64,000 nt of DNA from Chrysomallon squamiferum (taxonomy: Eukaryota; Animalia; Mollusca), in contig CM022670.1 of the NCBI GenBank assembly GCA_012295275.1, positions 12,896,001-12,960,000 on the forward strand. The letters are read 5' to 3'. The notes under the pieces are model-generated. The model saw nothing but the letters and a program-made list of their open reading frames with translations, did not search any database and was not told where the DNA came from. Below, piece by piece: positions 40,401 to 52,699 of this stretch. Both the position numbers and the translations under genes were made by a program. Position 1 is the first letter of the stretch. Every line of letters begins with the position of its first letter.

Positions 40401-41740
40401 AAGCTGTAAAACATGGACTTCTAGACCCTTCTGGAACATTTAAAGATACACAGTCTGGTGAAATTGTTAGCTTGGCTGCAGCTATTAGAAGGGGTCTTGT
40501 TTTTACAGAGAAACTTGAAGATGGCTCATCACCCAGAATCACTGAACAGAAGAGTTATCGTGGAATACGATTCAAGGATGCTTTGCAGAAAGGGCATATT
40601 GATACAACAACAGGTACATTTTATGACAAACTAGATGGTATTTCATATTCTGTTGATGAGGCCATCAGGACACACAAACTGCTAGCAGAAGATGGATCCC
40701 CATTTCAATATAAAGGTGTACAGAAGAAAGGAATAACCTTCAGTTTCCAAAATGCTCTGCGTCTGGGTCTTATTGATCCTTTGACATGCCTGTTCTGGGA
40801 TCAGCCTTTAGATAAACATATTTCTATAGAGGATGCAGTTAGGAAAGGTTGTCTATCACCAGTTGCTGGAAAATATGGAAGTCAGATAGGAGAGTCAGTT
40901 ATTATTTTGAAAGGAGGAGCTATCCCAAGCAAAGACAATGCTGAAATGGTTATTGATGATCAGACTGGACAGTCATGTTCTATAGAGGAAGCTGAGGAAA
41001 AAGGTTTGGTCAGTGTAGTTGAAAAGGATGAAAGTATTCCACTGAGTGATGCCTTTGATAATGGTCTGATAGATAAAGGAACAGGATTATTTCATGATCC
41101 TAGAACTTCTGATGTTATGACTGTAGACCAGGCAGTTTTAAGTGGAAACCTAACTGTAAAAGATTACAAGCCAAAATGGGATGAAATGGATCAGATTGAC
41201 AGTCAGAAGGGAAAGGGACCTCAAAAAGAAAAGTTTTCCATATCAGAGGCAATTAAATGTAAAATGATAGATACTGACACTGGAATTTTCACTGACAAGG
41301 ACACAGGAAAATCTCTGACAGTATCTGAAGCAATCTCTACAGGCTTCCTGGAACCAACAGTTTTAAAAGAACCTAAACAAACATTTATGACTGACAACAA
41401 AGATCAAATTGTCATCATCACTGAAGGATCACCTTTCCAACCCAAGCAAGATATTGTATTTAAAAATGGAGAGGTTGTTTCTAAAACTGCCACAGAGATA
41501 ACTGTTACAAGTGGCAGTGCATCATTCATAGCCAAACCTGGGTTTTACATTGATTCCACTGGTAATGTAGTAAATACATCAACAGGAAACAAAATGTCCA
41601 TGAAAGAAGCAGTAATGTCTGGCATTGTGGAGACTGAAAAGGCTGAAGGGAAAGAATCTGTCCAGTTAGCAGGGGAAGAGATTCCACCTGTGCTCAAGGT
41701 CACTTCACCAGCATCAACACCATCAACTCCTAGCCCAGGA
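31433..41740 (+). CDS. MACF1: Giant exon 1 (10,308 nt, 3,436 codons): plectin/plakin-type repeat region
   Basis: ctttcag|TTC at 31433 and GGA|GTGAGT at 41740, phase 0-0, inside ORF 31349..41803. Dozens of DPxTGxxhohxEAhxxGhhD plectin-repeat motifs. Confidence 0.92.
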
Positions 41741-42895
41741 GTGAGTATAAACTTTCCTTTCACATCCCATGCTGAGCTTTCTTCTCCCTTTGTTGCTTTC
41801 TAATTTCAGCATGCTTGTCCTTAATGTAAAACTTTCACACATTAGTTTCCCAAACACTCAGTGTTTAGAAGGTAAGTCCTGCCATGCCTACATATTTCTT
41901 TATTTTGTTTTTAAAAAACTAAAAGTAGTTTATTTATTTTATTCTGTACATAAAAAACATAATTAGTTTTAATGTACATGTTCATCAAAATAAATGTTGT
42001 GCTGTTAAATTTGCTTATTTTGTTTTAGTTTTTAATTTCAGTTTACTATTTAGGTTGTTTCACCAGTGATTTATAAATATTTTTTGAAATAACATAGATA
42101 GTGGCTACATCATATGATCATAACATAACAATATTAATACTGGTGAAACAATCTACTAGATAACCATCATTGGGGCATGAAATTGAAGGCAGGTAGAAAA
42201 GCTGCTTTAAATTCACATAAATAGATTTTCAGACATATTAAGATTTTTCAAATAAGATATTTACTATACATTACAGAGATGAAAATTGTTCATAATTAAC
42301 TGCAGCTACTAAATAGAGAAAATTTCATGCCCTGCATTCACTTAAAGTTGCCCATTGCTATTTCTCTTTCAGCATATTAAATCTGACTTTCACTAACATT
42401 ACTGTTGTTGTTGTTTGTTTTTTATTTTACATACTTGTATTTTGTTCTTTGTTTATTGAATCTAAAAACTGGAAAAAATTTAAATATTATTTTTCCAAAT
42501 AATAGTAAATTTCTTGTTTTAAATAAATACAAATATTTTGCATAATTATAGACATAATGAAGAAAATAAGCCAAGAATGGCCATTTGCTTTGATAACCAT
42601 TTCCTTTCTGCTTAAGAACACCTTCCACTTGCCCTTGGTAATTCAGCTGATCACCTGCTTTAGTGCCTAATCCATTCAAAATTGTTAAAATAATAAGGTG
42701 TTCCAGTTTATTCTTCTGTTGTTAAAAATGAATGTAGAAAAAGTAAACACCTGCTTTCACAATGATTAGAACTAAAAGTTAATATCACATGTTTTTGTTA
42801 TGATTGATATATATATATATATATTTATTTATTTATTTATTTATTTTTTATTTATTGTTCTATTTTTGGTTTATTATTTTTTTTATTATTATTTA

Positions 42896-42897
<2 letters not shown>

Positions 42898-42965
<68 letters not shown>

Positions 42966-42987
42966 TTTTTTTTTTTTTTTTTTTTTT
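42898..42987. repeat. (TTA)n microsatellite followed by poly(T)
   Basis: Source of spurious poly-Y/poly-I ORFs 42800..43009. Confidence 0.9.
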
Positions 42988-43567
42988 ATTATTATTATTA
43001 ATCTTTTAAATTTTTTTTTCCTTGTTAGAAATATTTTACTGTGCTTTATTGTCAGATAGGCAATGTTACTTTTAAGTTTAATTGATGAAAAACAAGTTTA
43101 AAAAAATAAAAAATGTGTGTGAATGTGTTTGTGTGTATAAAATAATAATAAAAATAATAATAAATTTCTTAATCAGTTTACTTTAGACTTATAGGTTGGA
43201 GTCCAGTTATTGTCTTTGACAAGCCAGACAGTAAACCTTTGTAGCTATTCATTAATTACTAGGGAATCTTGAAAATGTAACTATTACTGACTATGTTATG
43301 ACATTTTTCAGACTTTCACTCATTTCTTTTTTTTTATTTATAAATATATTATATTACGATTTTTGTTTTATTACTGTTCTTTTATTCAGTATCTAATAAT
43401 AATAGGATGAAGTATAGAATGAATAGATTTCAAGTATAAAATTAATTCATATACTTTGATTCTTTCATGTATTGTGTAACCATAATTATGGCTAGCATGA
43501 TGTTCTAGCTGGTAAGATAGCAAAATATGTCGCATACATGTATGTTTACAGTATAGTAACTTTGCAG

Positions 43568-46500
43568 GAGAAATCACCAGCAGATGAAAAGAGTGTATCT
43601 GCCATGCAGAAAAGTGATGATAACCAGAACATTAAAACTGATGTTCCAGAAGCTGGAGTATTTTCAGTAAGCAAAGATGTGGACAGTGGTTTAGCAGATT
43701 CTTACTTTGAAAAGTATAACTTGCCACATTCAGCAGATCATAGCAAGCAAAGTAATGAAAATCTGAATTGTTCTGTAAAAACAGAAAATAGTTTGGGTAA
43801 AAATAATACTTCTTCCAATCTGTCAGATGGTCATGTTAATGGTGTTAGAGAAAATGTAAAATGCATTCCAATGGTAGATTCCAGTCATTTCAGAATCATA
43901 CAAAATGAGGTAGAAGTCTTGTATGGATACACTGAGAACTTACTGTATTGTTTCTGGGATTTTCATGTGGAAAGGCTCATCCATCCAAGAAAAGGAACAC
44001 TTCTTGGTATCCACGAGGCTTTGGAGTGTTGTGTTCTCCCAGAATGTTTGAAAGTGAAGCAGTTTGCTGGTGATGAATGTATTACATTAACAGAAGCTGT
44101 CATGTCAGGCCAGGTAGACAGGAAAAATGGTAAGGTAGTTGACATGAATACTGGTTATGTTACTTCATTCCATGAAGCTCTAGAGCAAGGAACTGTTCTT
44201 ATTGATCCTGACATGTTGACAGAAGCTCAAAATATCATACATTCCATACAGAAACAAATTGGGAGTGGTTTGTACACACTTATTTCAAAAGGTGAAGCAC
44301 GGTCTTCAATTCAAATTATGGACAGAAAAACAGGGAGAAGATTTTCTTTAGCTGAAGGAATTGGATGTTCCTTGATGGACCCAGAAGATGCTACTGTCAG
44401 AGACACAGTTTCTGGAAAACGCCTTTCATGGGATGATGCCAAAAGAGTTGGTATTATTTTAAGCTCAAAACCATTAACTTTGAAACAAGCCATTGTTTCT
44501 TATCTTTTGAACTCAAGTTCAGGTACATTTCTGCAACCAGGTGGATATGGCAAACTCTTGACTTTGAAAGAAATGATAGATGAAGGGTTTGTGGACCAGA
44601 ATGTTCAAGAGGTTTTGGCTACTGCAGATGATACCTGGATGACAGTTAGGGATGCCATAGCCTCTGATATTATTGATCCAATTCAGGGTAAAGTATTTCA
44701 CCAAAATGTGGACAAATTTCTTAATTTTCATGATGCTGTTGATGCTGGAATTATTGGCACTAAAATCTCTCACATTCATAGAAAGTCCATTGTAGGATTT
44801 TCAAATGGAGTTGCTGAAAGTCCAAAGGAAATAAAACCACCACATATCCCTGTTAATCTGATTTATGCTATAGAAAATGGACTTGTAGATCCAGTAACTA
44901 GTGAGGTTTCAAATCATGGGCGTTGGATGTCATTCAGCCAGGCCTACAGGAGAAATGTAATTGAAGTTGAAAACTGCTTTGTTGTTGACCAATCCTCAGC
45001 ACTGGTCTATGACTTCATAGAAGCTGCTGACTCTGGTCTTGTTGATGTTTCCAGGGGAACTGTGTTGGATACTCTTCTTGGGCAGAAATTTTCGGTTTTC
45101 GATGCCAAGCAGAGGGGATTGTTGAAGAATTCTAAACAGCCTCTTTTGTCACTCGCTGTAGCTCTGCAGTGTGGTGTGTTTGATCCTGAAGAGAAATGTA
45201 TCCGTGATCCAGTAACAAAACATGCATTATCCATAACCAAAGGAATAGCTGAAGGCATCATTGACCCCTCATCTAAACTAACAATTCCATCAGCTGGTCA
45301 ACAGATAACATTACAGCAAGTAATTTCTAGTGGCTCGCTAAACATAGATAATTTAGATCTTGTCTTTCCAGATGGTAAAAAATTTACTCTGGTAGAAACA
45401 TTGGGCATGCCAAGAAGAAGATCCTCAGTTCTACCTCGTTTTAACAGAAAGTCTAGTTTGACTTTGGATGAAGCCATTACCAGGGGTATTTATGATCCTC
45501 TTACAAATTCAGTTAGATCCAAGGATAAAGGTTTTGTTCCACTGCCAGAAGCTTTAGAAAATGATCTGATTCATACTGATTCATTAGTACGAGATCCTTT
45601 TAGTGGAGATATTCTCAATTTGGGAGAAGCCTTGGAGAAACGGATTATTGATCCTGAATCTGGTAAAATGCTGGATTCTAGTGGCCAGGCCATTGCTTTG
45701 AATTTTGCTCTTGATAAAGGTCTGATATTGAAATCTAAGGCTCCACTAAATCTGTCTCTCTCAGAGACTCTTGATGAAGGACTCTTCAGTGCTGAAAATA
45801 ACAAATTTGTAAATCCAGACACCAATGAAGAAATAGACTTTGCTACTGCTCTGTCTCTTGGGATGATAGATCCTTCATTGGTAAAGGTTAGGACACCTGC
45901 ACAGGAATCTTGTTAAATTTTGAATCTGCTGTAAGTAATGGGCTGATTGACCTAGAACAAGGAACCTGTCTAGATACTGAAGCAAATGAAAATTTCAGCA
46001 TTATTGATGCACTGGATAGGGGAATTATTGTTGATACAACTAATCAACCATCTGTATCACTTCAAGAAGCCATTGATGAAGGAATACTGGATGTAGAAAC
46101 CTGTACTTTCAGAGATCTTGCCAGTGGATTTTCAGTACATCTGGAAGATGCCATGGAATCTGGACTGCTGGACAGAATGTCCGTTTCAGTTAGAGACATT
46201 AGGACAAATACATTATTGACTTTGGATGGTGCAGTTAATCTTGGAATTGTCGATCCTGTTACAGGTTCATATACTTGTCTTGATTCTGATGAGGTGCTAA
46301 CATTTAAGCAGGCACTGGATAAAGGTATGATATTCAGTGAGTGCTTTGAGATTGAAAATACCCTTACAGAAGCTATCAAGCAAGGAAAGTACAGTGAGAA
46401 CACTGGAATGTTTACTGAGCCCTCAACAGGAAGAGTCCGAGATTTGAAGGAGGTGGTTTCTGAAGGAGTGTTTTATATAGAAACTTTGAGAGTTCTTGAT

Positions 46501-49500
46501 AAAGGAAACAAAAAGCTTCTTTCCTTTAAAGAAGCAGTACACAGTAAAATCATTGATGCCAGGCATGCACTTGTAGTAGATTCAGAAACTAGTGAGATGT
46601 TCAGCTTGAAAGAAGCTTTAGACAAAGGCCTTCTTCAAGAGAGCCTTGATAATTTATCTCTTTCTCTCAAGCAAGCAGTGGACACTGGCTTATTAAATAT
46701 CAATGAAGGAAAGATCATTGATCCTCTGTCCAAACAACATCTGTCATTGGAAACTGCTATAGAAATAGGTGTAATCAACATTTCCTCAGTTTTAATTAGA
46801 TCTCCTGATAAAGAGACTTTTGAACCTCTTATTGAAGCTCTGAATAATGGTACTGTTACCATCAAAGACACTAACATTGTATTTGAACCTAAGGGATTCA
46901 GAGCTGATGTCAGAACAGCTTTCGATAACAACACTCTCCTTGATAAACCTGTAAGTGGGCTTCCTCTTGCTGATGCCTTCCAAATAGGACTTTACAACAA
47001 TGATATTCAACGCTTTTGGAATCCTGTCACTGGAGACTACTTGACTCTTCATGAAGCAATCATTGAGAAGCTCATCGATGCTGATGTTCCTCAGGTCATT
47101 GTCCCAGATGTTGGAGTATTTTCACTAAGGGAAGCTATGGACAATGGTCTAATAGATCCTCACACTGGAAAGTATATAGCTTCGGAATTGCCTCTCTCAC
47201 TTGGAGATGCTATAGAATCTGGAAGACTGATCCTGTCAGCTAAATTAAACATAAGTGTTTTGTCAGTCAGTGGAAGCAGTACGTCAATAAGCAGTTTGTC
47301 TTCTGTTACCCAACATGATCTGTCTGTAAGTGATGGAAGTAAGAAAAGCAGTCAGAGTAATTTGATAAGTAGTTCTAAACTTCCTGATGTTGATGAAACT
47401 AAAAGAAAATCTGATTCTACATGTGCAGAAAGAAATGGTACCTCAAAGAATGCAGCCAACCAGTCAGATCACAATGAAAACTTAACTATTCCTAAAGCTG
47501 ATCATATAGAAAATTTTCAGAATGAATTGCTACCTGAAGTTAATTTACCACAAGAGGTAGCAGATAGTGGAACTAAAAAAGAAAAACAAGTCAAGCCTAC
47601 TGTTGGACATGATATAAAAGAACGTATTTCTTCATCAGATATGATTCATACTGGGTCCACAGTTAAGATTTCCGAACAACATGCTACTACAAACTGTCAG
47701 CTGAAAGAACAGGCGAAGCAGGAAACAGAAAACAATACATGGACAAATCAGGAGACTAAATGTTCTTTAAAAGAGCAAGTACATGAATCTGATAATGGTA
47801 TGATGACAAGAATGAATATCAGCTGTCCATTAAAAGAACAGATTCAGGAAAAAACTGATAGTGATATGAGTACAAGTAAAGGGAAACATGATCCATTAAA
47901 TGAACCATCTTTGGAAAATTTAGATAATGATGTAGAAACAAGCATGTCAAAACAGTGTCTGTTTGAAAAACAGTCATTGGAGAAAACAGATAATGCTAAA
48001 TGGACAAGCAAGGTCTCAGCTGAAGATTCCAAATCAAATGAGCAATTTAAAGAATTGTTTGACTCATACAAAATTACAGACACTCTTATCAGTGATGACA
48101 AAGGGTATAAAAGAAGTTTTAGTTCCCCTTGCACTGTACCTGATGATTTCTCTTCTGACTTGACTAATGTAGCTTGGAGTCCAACAACTAAAGAACTATC
48201 TGCCTCACTAGACTCCCTAATTCAAAATGCAGTCAAGAGTCAGCAGTGGTCAGAGAAACCTTTGCCTTTGTTTGAATTCATACAAAATCCTGTTTCCTCT
48301 GAAGGAGAACCAGTGTTTCAAAATCCTCAAACAGGTTCAACATATACACTGAGAGAAGCTATTCAAAATAATGTTTTGGATCTATCTGGAAATGTCATCT
48401 CTCCAATAAGCAAGCAGCCAGTTTCACTAGAAGAAGCCATTTCATCTGGTATTATAGACCCTATTACAGGCATGTATCAAGACACAGCATCTCAGAAGTG
48501 GTTAACCCTTCAACAAGCCAAAGATGTTGGTTATATTTATAAGGAAAAAGAAACCAATAAAACTCCTATTGAGATTTACATAGAAGAAATTCTCTCTGAT
48601 TCATCTTCATCAGGGAAACAGAAGTTGGAAGAGGCATTTTCAAGTGGCCTTTTACATCGCTTCAACTCCCAAGTAATTGATCTTGACAACCAGCCTATTA
48701 CCCTGCGTAGAGCTGCCAGCCTTGGAATGATTGATGTCAAAAGTGGTGAATTCAAAAACCAGCAGACTGGAGAGTGTATGTCAGTAGCAGATGCTGTAGA
48801 GAAAGGCTTTATTCTTCATCCCAAAGGACTCTCTCTGTATAGCTCCATTGATCAGGGTCTTTATTCAGGAAAAACTGGTAAATTTTATGACCCAATTTCT
48901 AAGGAAGATAAGTGTCTCAAAGATCTGATAACAAATGAAGTTATCAGTGATATTTGCATTGAAATCCGTGACATGTCACATGACAGCATTATATCTCTCA
49001 AGGAGGCTATTAAGAGAAAAATTATTGACCATGTTGATGGTGTGTATGTGAACAGAAGTGAAGGAAAGAGATACAATTTTATTGATGCTATTGCTGCTGG
49101 GCTAATTGTTAGTAATAGCACCAGAGAAGGTCTGTCAGATACATCTGTTATGAAGAAACAAAATGCTCTTTACCCCAGTTCTGCTTTCTCAGATCCAAGA
49201 GCTGTTCCTTTCAGACCAGTTCTACCCCCAAAACCAGCTCTGCCATCTAAACAGATTTCTAAACCTGACAGCACTGATGAAGAACAGAATAAATCAAAAG
49301 AGAGATCAGCACAGGTTGAAGGCATATCTGTTCCTTTACATAATTACTCAGAAAAGATTATGCATAATTTGAATTCAGTGAATAATAAACCTGAACAGAA
49401 GTTTAGAGAAGGCAAACTAAGAAGATCAGACATATTGGAATCAGATGACACCATAACTGATCCAGTGGAGACTTGGCAAGAAAAACAGCCAAAGAAAGTT

Positions 49501-51528
49501 AAAGGAAACAAAGTTACAACTTCAGTCCTTCAACCAGGTTCTATTCCAGATCAGTCCACTGTGTCTGGGACAAAAGATTCTTACAGCTTTAATAATGTTG
49601 AGTCCCACAGAATTACATCAGTTGGCCCATCAAAAGGATATGCAATTTCAAAAGATAGTGTACCTAAAGTAGCAAAAGACAATACAATTAAAAATGAATT
49701 GACAGTGAATACTTCAGAACCTGTAAGACAGTCAGATAAAAACACAGAACAGTTCGGATCACCAAAATATGTTGATGAGTTAGATAATATTTCTAGGAAG
49801 AAATCTGGAATGTCTTTGTCAGAAATAAAACCTCATTCATCTCTGCCACACAAAATTCCCCAAACATCTGCCAAAGCAGATGATTCTCAACCAGTTTATC
49901 CAGAAGAGATTTCATCATTGTCAGAAACACTTCTTCAGCCAATTGACTCAGAGATGAAACCTTATTCACATGCATCTGAGATTAAGGTACAGTCTGGAGA
50001 ATATTTCAAGAAACCACCAAGTCAGATCTATGAAGAAAATTCAGGAAAAGTAAATAGTAGTGTGTTGAATACAGAGCAGCAAATAAACCAAGATTCTTCA
50101 TTAAAGCCAGGAATTGCATGGTCTGATTCTCTTGCTGGTAATGTAAAAGAAAATATTCAAATGAACTTTGATTCCAAGAAAGAGCCTGCCATGGAATATA
50201 TCTCAGGTGCAATTTCTGCTTCCATGACAAAGGCAGGGGCCAGACCAACTTTACCTCCAAAGCCAAGTAATCTGAAATCAGTGGCTACATTAAGTCAAGA
50301 AAATGTTTCACAGGACAAAGAAAAGATTAAATCACTGGTTAATGACAATAATATTGTAAAATCTGAATATCTAAAGAGTAATGCTGGATTTTCAGAAAGT
50401 GATGAAGTGAAGCATGAAACAAGTTTTACACAAATGACAGAATTCATCAAAGATAAAGTAGATTATAAGGATAAGGAACAATCTGATCATATTGATACTA
50501 ACAAAGCAAAAAAGTATGTAGATGTTTTTCAAGGTAGCTGTGAATCCAGCTTAGAAACTAATAAACCTAAAGGTAGATCAGATTTGAAAAAGACTGGCAA
50601 AACTGAAGAAGACAGTTACAGAACAGGAAAGTCTGACAGACTAGTTGACAGAAGTGAAGCCAAAGATCTTAATGGTGGTGAAATCAAAGATGAGCATAAT
50701 ATTGCCAGATTTGATGAAAAGAAACCTGAAAGAAATACTAATGCAGTCAATTCTGAAAAACATAATGCAAACAGGAATAAATTGTCTTTTGATGATTCTG
50801 ACAAAGAGTTAAAAAATGTGTTTGCAACTCCAGCTGATGATAATAATAAAATTTCTTCAGCTCAAAACAGGAACTGCATTTCCAAAACTGAATTGCCCAT
50901 GTCTGAAGAAAATGCACTTTCTCTTGAGAGTTTCTTAACATTTGGAGATGTTAAAATTGGAGCCAATACAGATCCTGAAAAATCTGATCTACAGAAAACT
51001 CCTGTCCATAAATCTTTGGAATTTAATGATTCAACAACTACATATTCTGATCAACAGTATGACAAAAATCAGAAAGTAAAATCTGATAAGCTTTCACTGG
51101 AATCTAAAGTCTCTGACATCAGACAAACAACAGAAGAAGTTAACTCAGCTGATATTAAGCTACTAGATGATTTGAAAGAAAACTCAGTTCCTTCTGCTCC
51201 AAAAAGAAAAGGAATGGTTAACAGGACTGTAAGATTCAAAGGAGTGGAGCCTTGTGATTCATCAGATGATCAGAATGAGAAAGATTTTCCTCACAATGAG
51301 AATGTATCCCCTGGTTACAAAGATCCTCTATCTGAAAACCATAATGACTCACCTCTAACACCTAGACCATCTGACCTCAGTCTGAACAGGTCCTTGACAG
51401 ATAGTTTCAAGATGAATTCAAAAGAAGACAGTGATGTCAGCACTCCTGAAATGGAAGCCACAAGACTAACAGATATTCTTCTCAAGATGAATGTCAAGGC
51501 TGGAATGACTGCCAGGGAAAGGAGAAAG
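43568..51528 (+). CDS. MACF1: Giant exon 2 (7,961 nt as assembled, one apparent 1-nt deletion at about 45891): divergent plectin repeats plus long Ser/Glu/Lys-rich disordered regions
   Basis: ttgcag|GAG at 43568 and AAG|GTACTT at 51528. ORFs 43538..45916 and 45910..51555 overlap in different frames and plectin repeats continue across the join. Adding 1 nt makes the exon phase 0-0. Confidence 0.85.
47692..48010 (+). repeat. Coding minisatellite in giant exon 2, about 22-aa unit x 5 (CxLKEQ...)
   Basis: Units start at 47695, 47761, 47824, 47890 and 47956 (63-66 nt period): CQLKEQ, CSLKEQ, CPLKEQ, DPLNEP, CLFEKQ. Confidence 0.75.
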
Positions 51529-52693
51529 GTACTTGGCATGATGAATATGGTTTGAATTCCCTGTTCTAGATAGCAGCATTGACTTCTGGATTTTTTAAAC
51601 TGCTTGGAATGTTGGATCTTTTAAAATAATCTTTGTAGTACTGATCTAATGGTTTTTGTGAAGACTTTTTCGTGTTTTTTCCCAAATGTTGATAACCTTG
51701 AAAAATATCTAACCATGATGATGCATGGTGTGGTTTTAAAACAGCCTGACTTATTTTTTTTCAGATATTTTTAAATATTTGCTTTTCAAATGTAGTTCTA
51801 AAATGATACAGTTAACTTGTTAGTTACAAGATAACAGCATGAATTTTTTGAAAAATTCTATTGACATTTTACATCTTCCATACAGCATGAGATGAAGTGT
51901 TTAATCTTTAGATTGTTTTTGAGAAATACATTAGTATTTTGTGCATGACATATCTGATTAAAATATGATTTTATTGATGCATTATCTTATAAAGAAGAAA
52001 AAAGAATAAAAGTAAGAAATAACAAACAATAGTGTGCTTTAACCACAAGATGATAAAAGCACATTAGTAAGTTGTATATTATATTGTTACAAGTGACCAT
52101 TTCACTCAATTGTTTTAATATTTTTTTATAATTACTCCTTTGTCTGATAAATCTTGAGATGCAGCATTTATGTGTGTGTACACGTACTGAATGTAAATTC
52201 TTGTTATTTAAAATGTTGTTGTTTTTTTTCATTTTATTAATTTGTTTTATTATTATTATTATTTTTTTTTTTTTCATTTTTATTGTTGTTGAAGAAGAAA
52301 AATCATTTAATTAAATCTAATCTTATAGTAATTTAATGTTAATATTTGAATAAAAATCATATTACCAAATGGTTGGCCTTTATATTCGTTTAGATCTTCT
52401 AGTAATAACAAAAAATATATATATATATTTATAATTTCTTTCTTTTTTATTTCTTTTTTTTTTTTTGATGACATGGGAGTTATTACATTTGTATCATTTA
52501 TTTTATAATTAAAACCATGTTTATAGGATGATTGTTTTTGTTAACTTGCTAGTATGTTTCTTAATATAATTGAATATTTTAACATTTTTCTCTGCATTTC
52601 CTTTTCTTTTTCTTTCACTTTCTCCTCAGTCTGTCCTCATTTTTCTTCATTCTTTTCTATAATCTTTTACAATTATCTTTTATACCATTCTAG

Positions 52694-52699
52694 TTATCT
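52694..52699 (+). CDS. Candidate 6-nt microexon (Leu-Ser)
   Basis: About 100-nt pyrimidine-rich tract, then TTCTAG|TTATCT|GTAAGT; phase 0-0 like the flanking exons. Confidence 0.45.

Noticed and set aside
42340-42460. TTTCAG acceptor followed by a hydrophobic reading frame (TM-like tail)
   Set aside because: The hydrophobicity comes from T-rich intronic composition; there is no other support.
34780-51539. Many minus-strand ORFs up to 313 aa (e.g. 38200..39141, 37078..37662, 35836..36276)
   Set aside because: They lie antisense to the giant exons, are explained by the codon bias of the sense frame, and have no recognisable domains.
31349-51555. Giant ORFs as stand-alone genes (epiplakin-like, viral or horizontally transferred)
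   Set aside because: Their N-terminal ends are intronic sequence before clear AG acceptors, and their ends carry phase-matched GT donors linking them into the spectraplakin.
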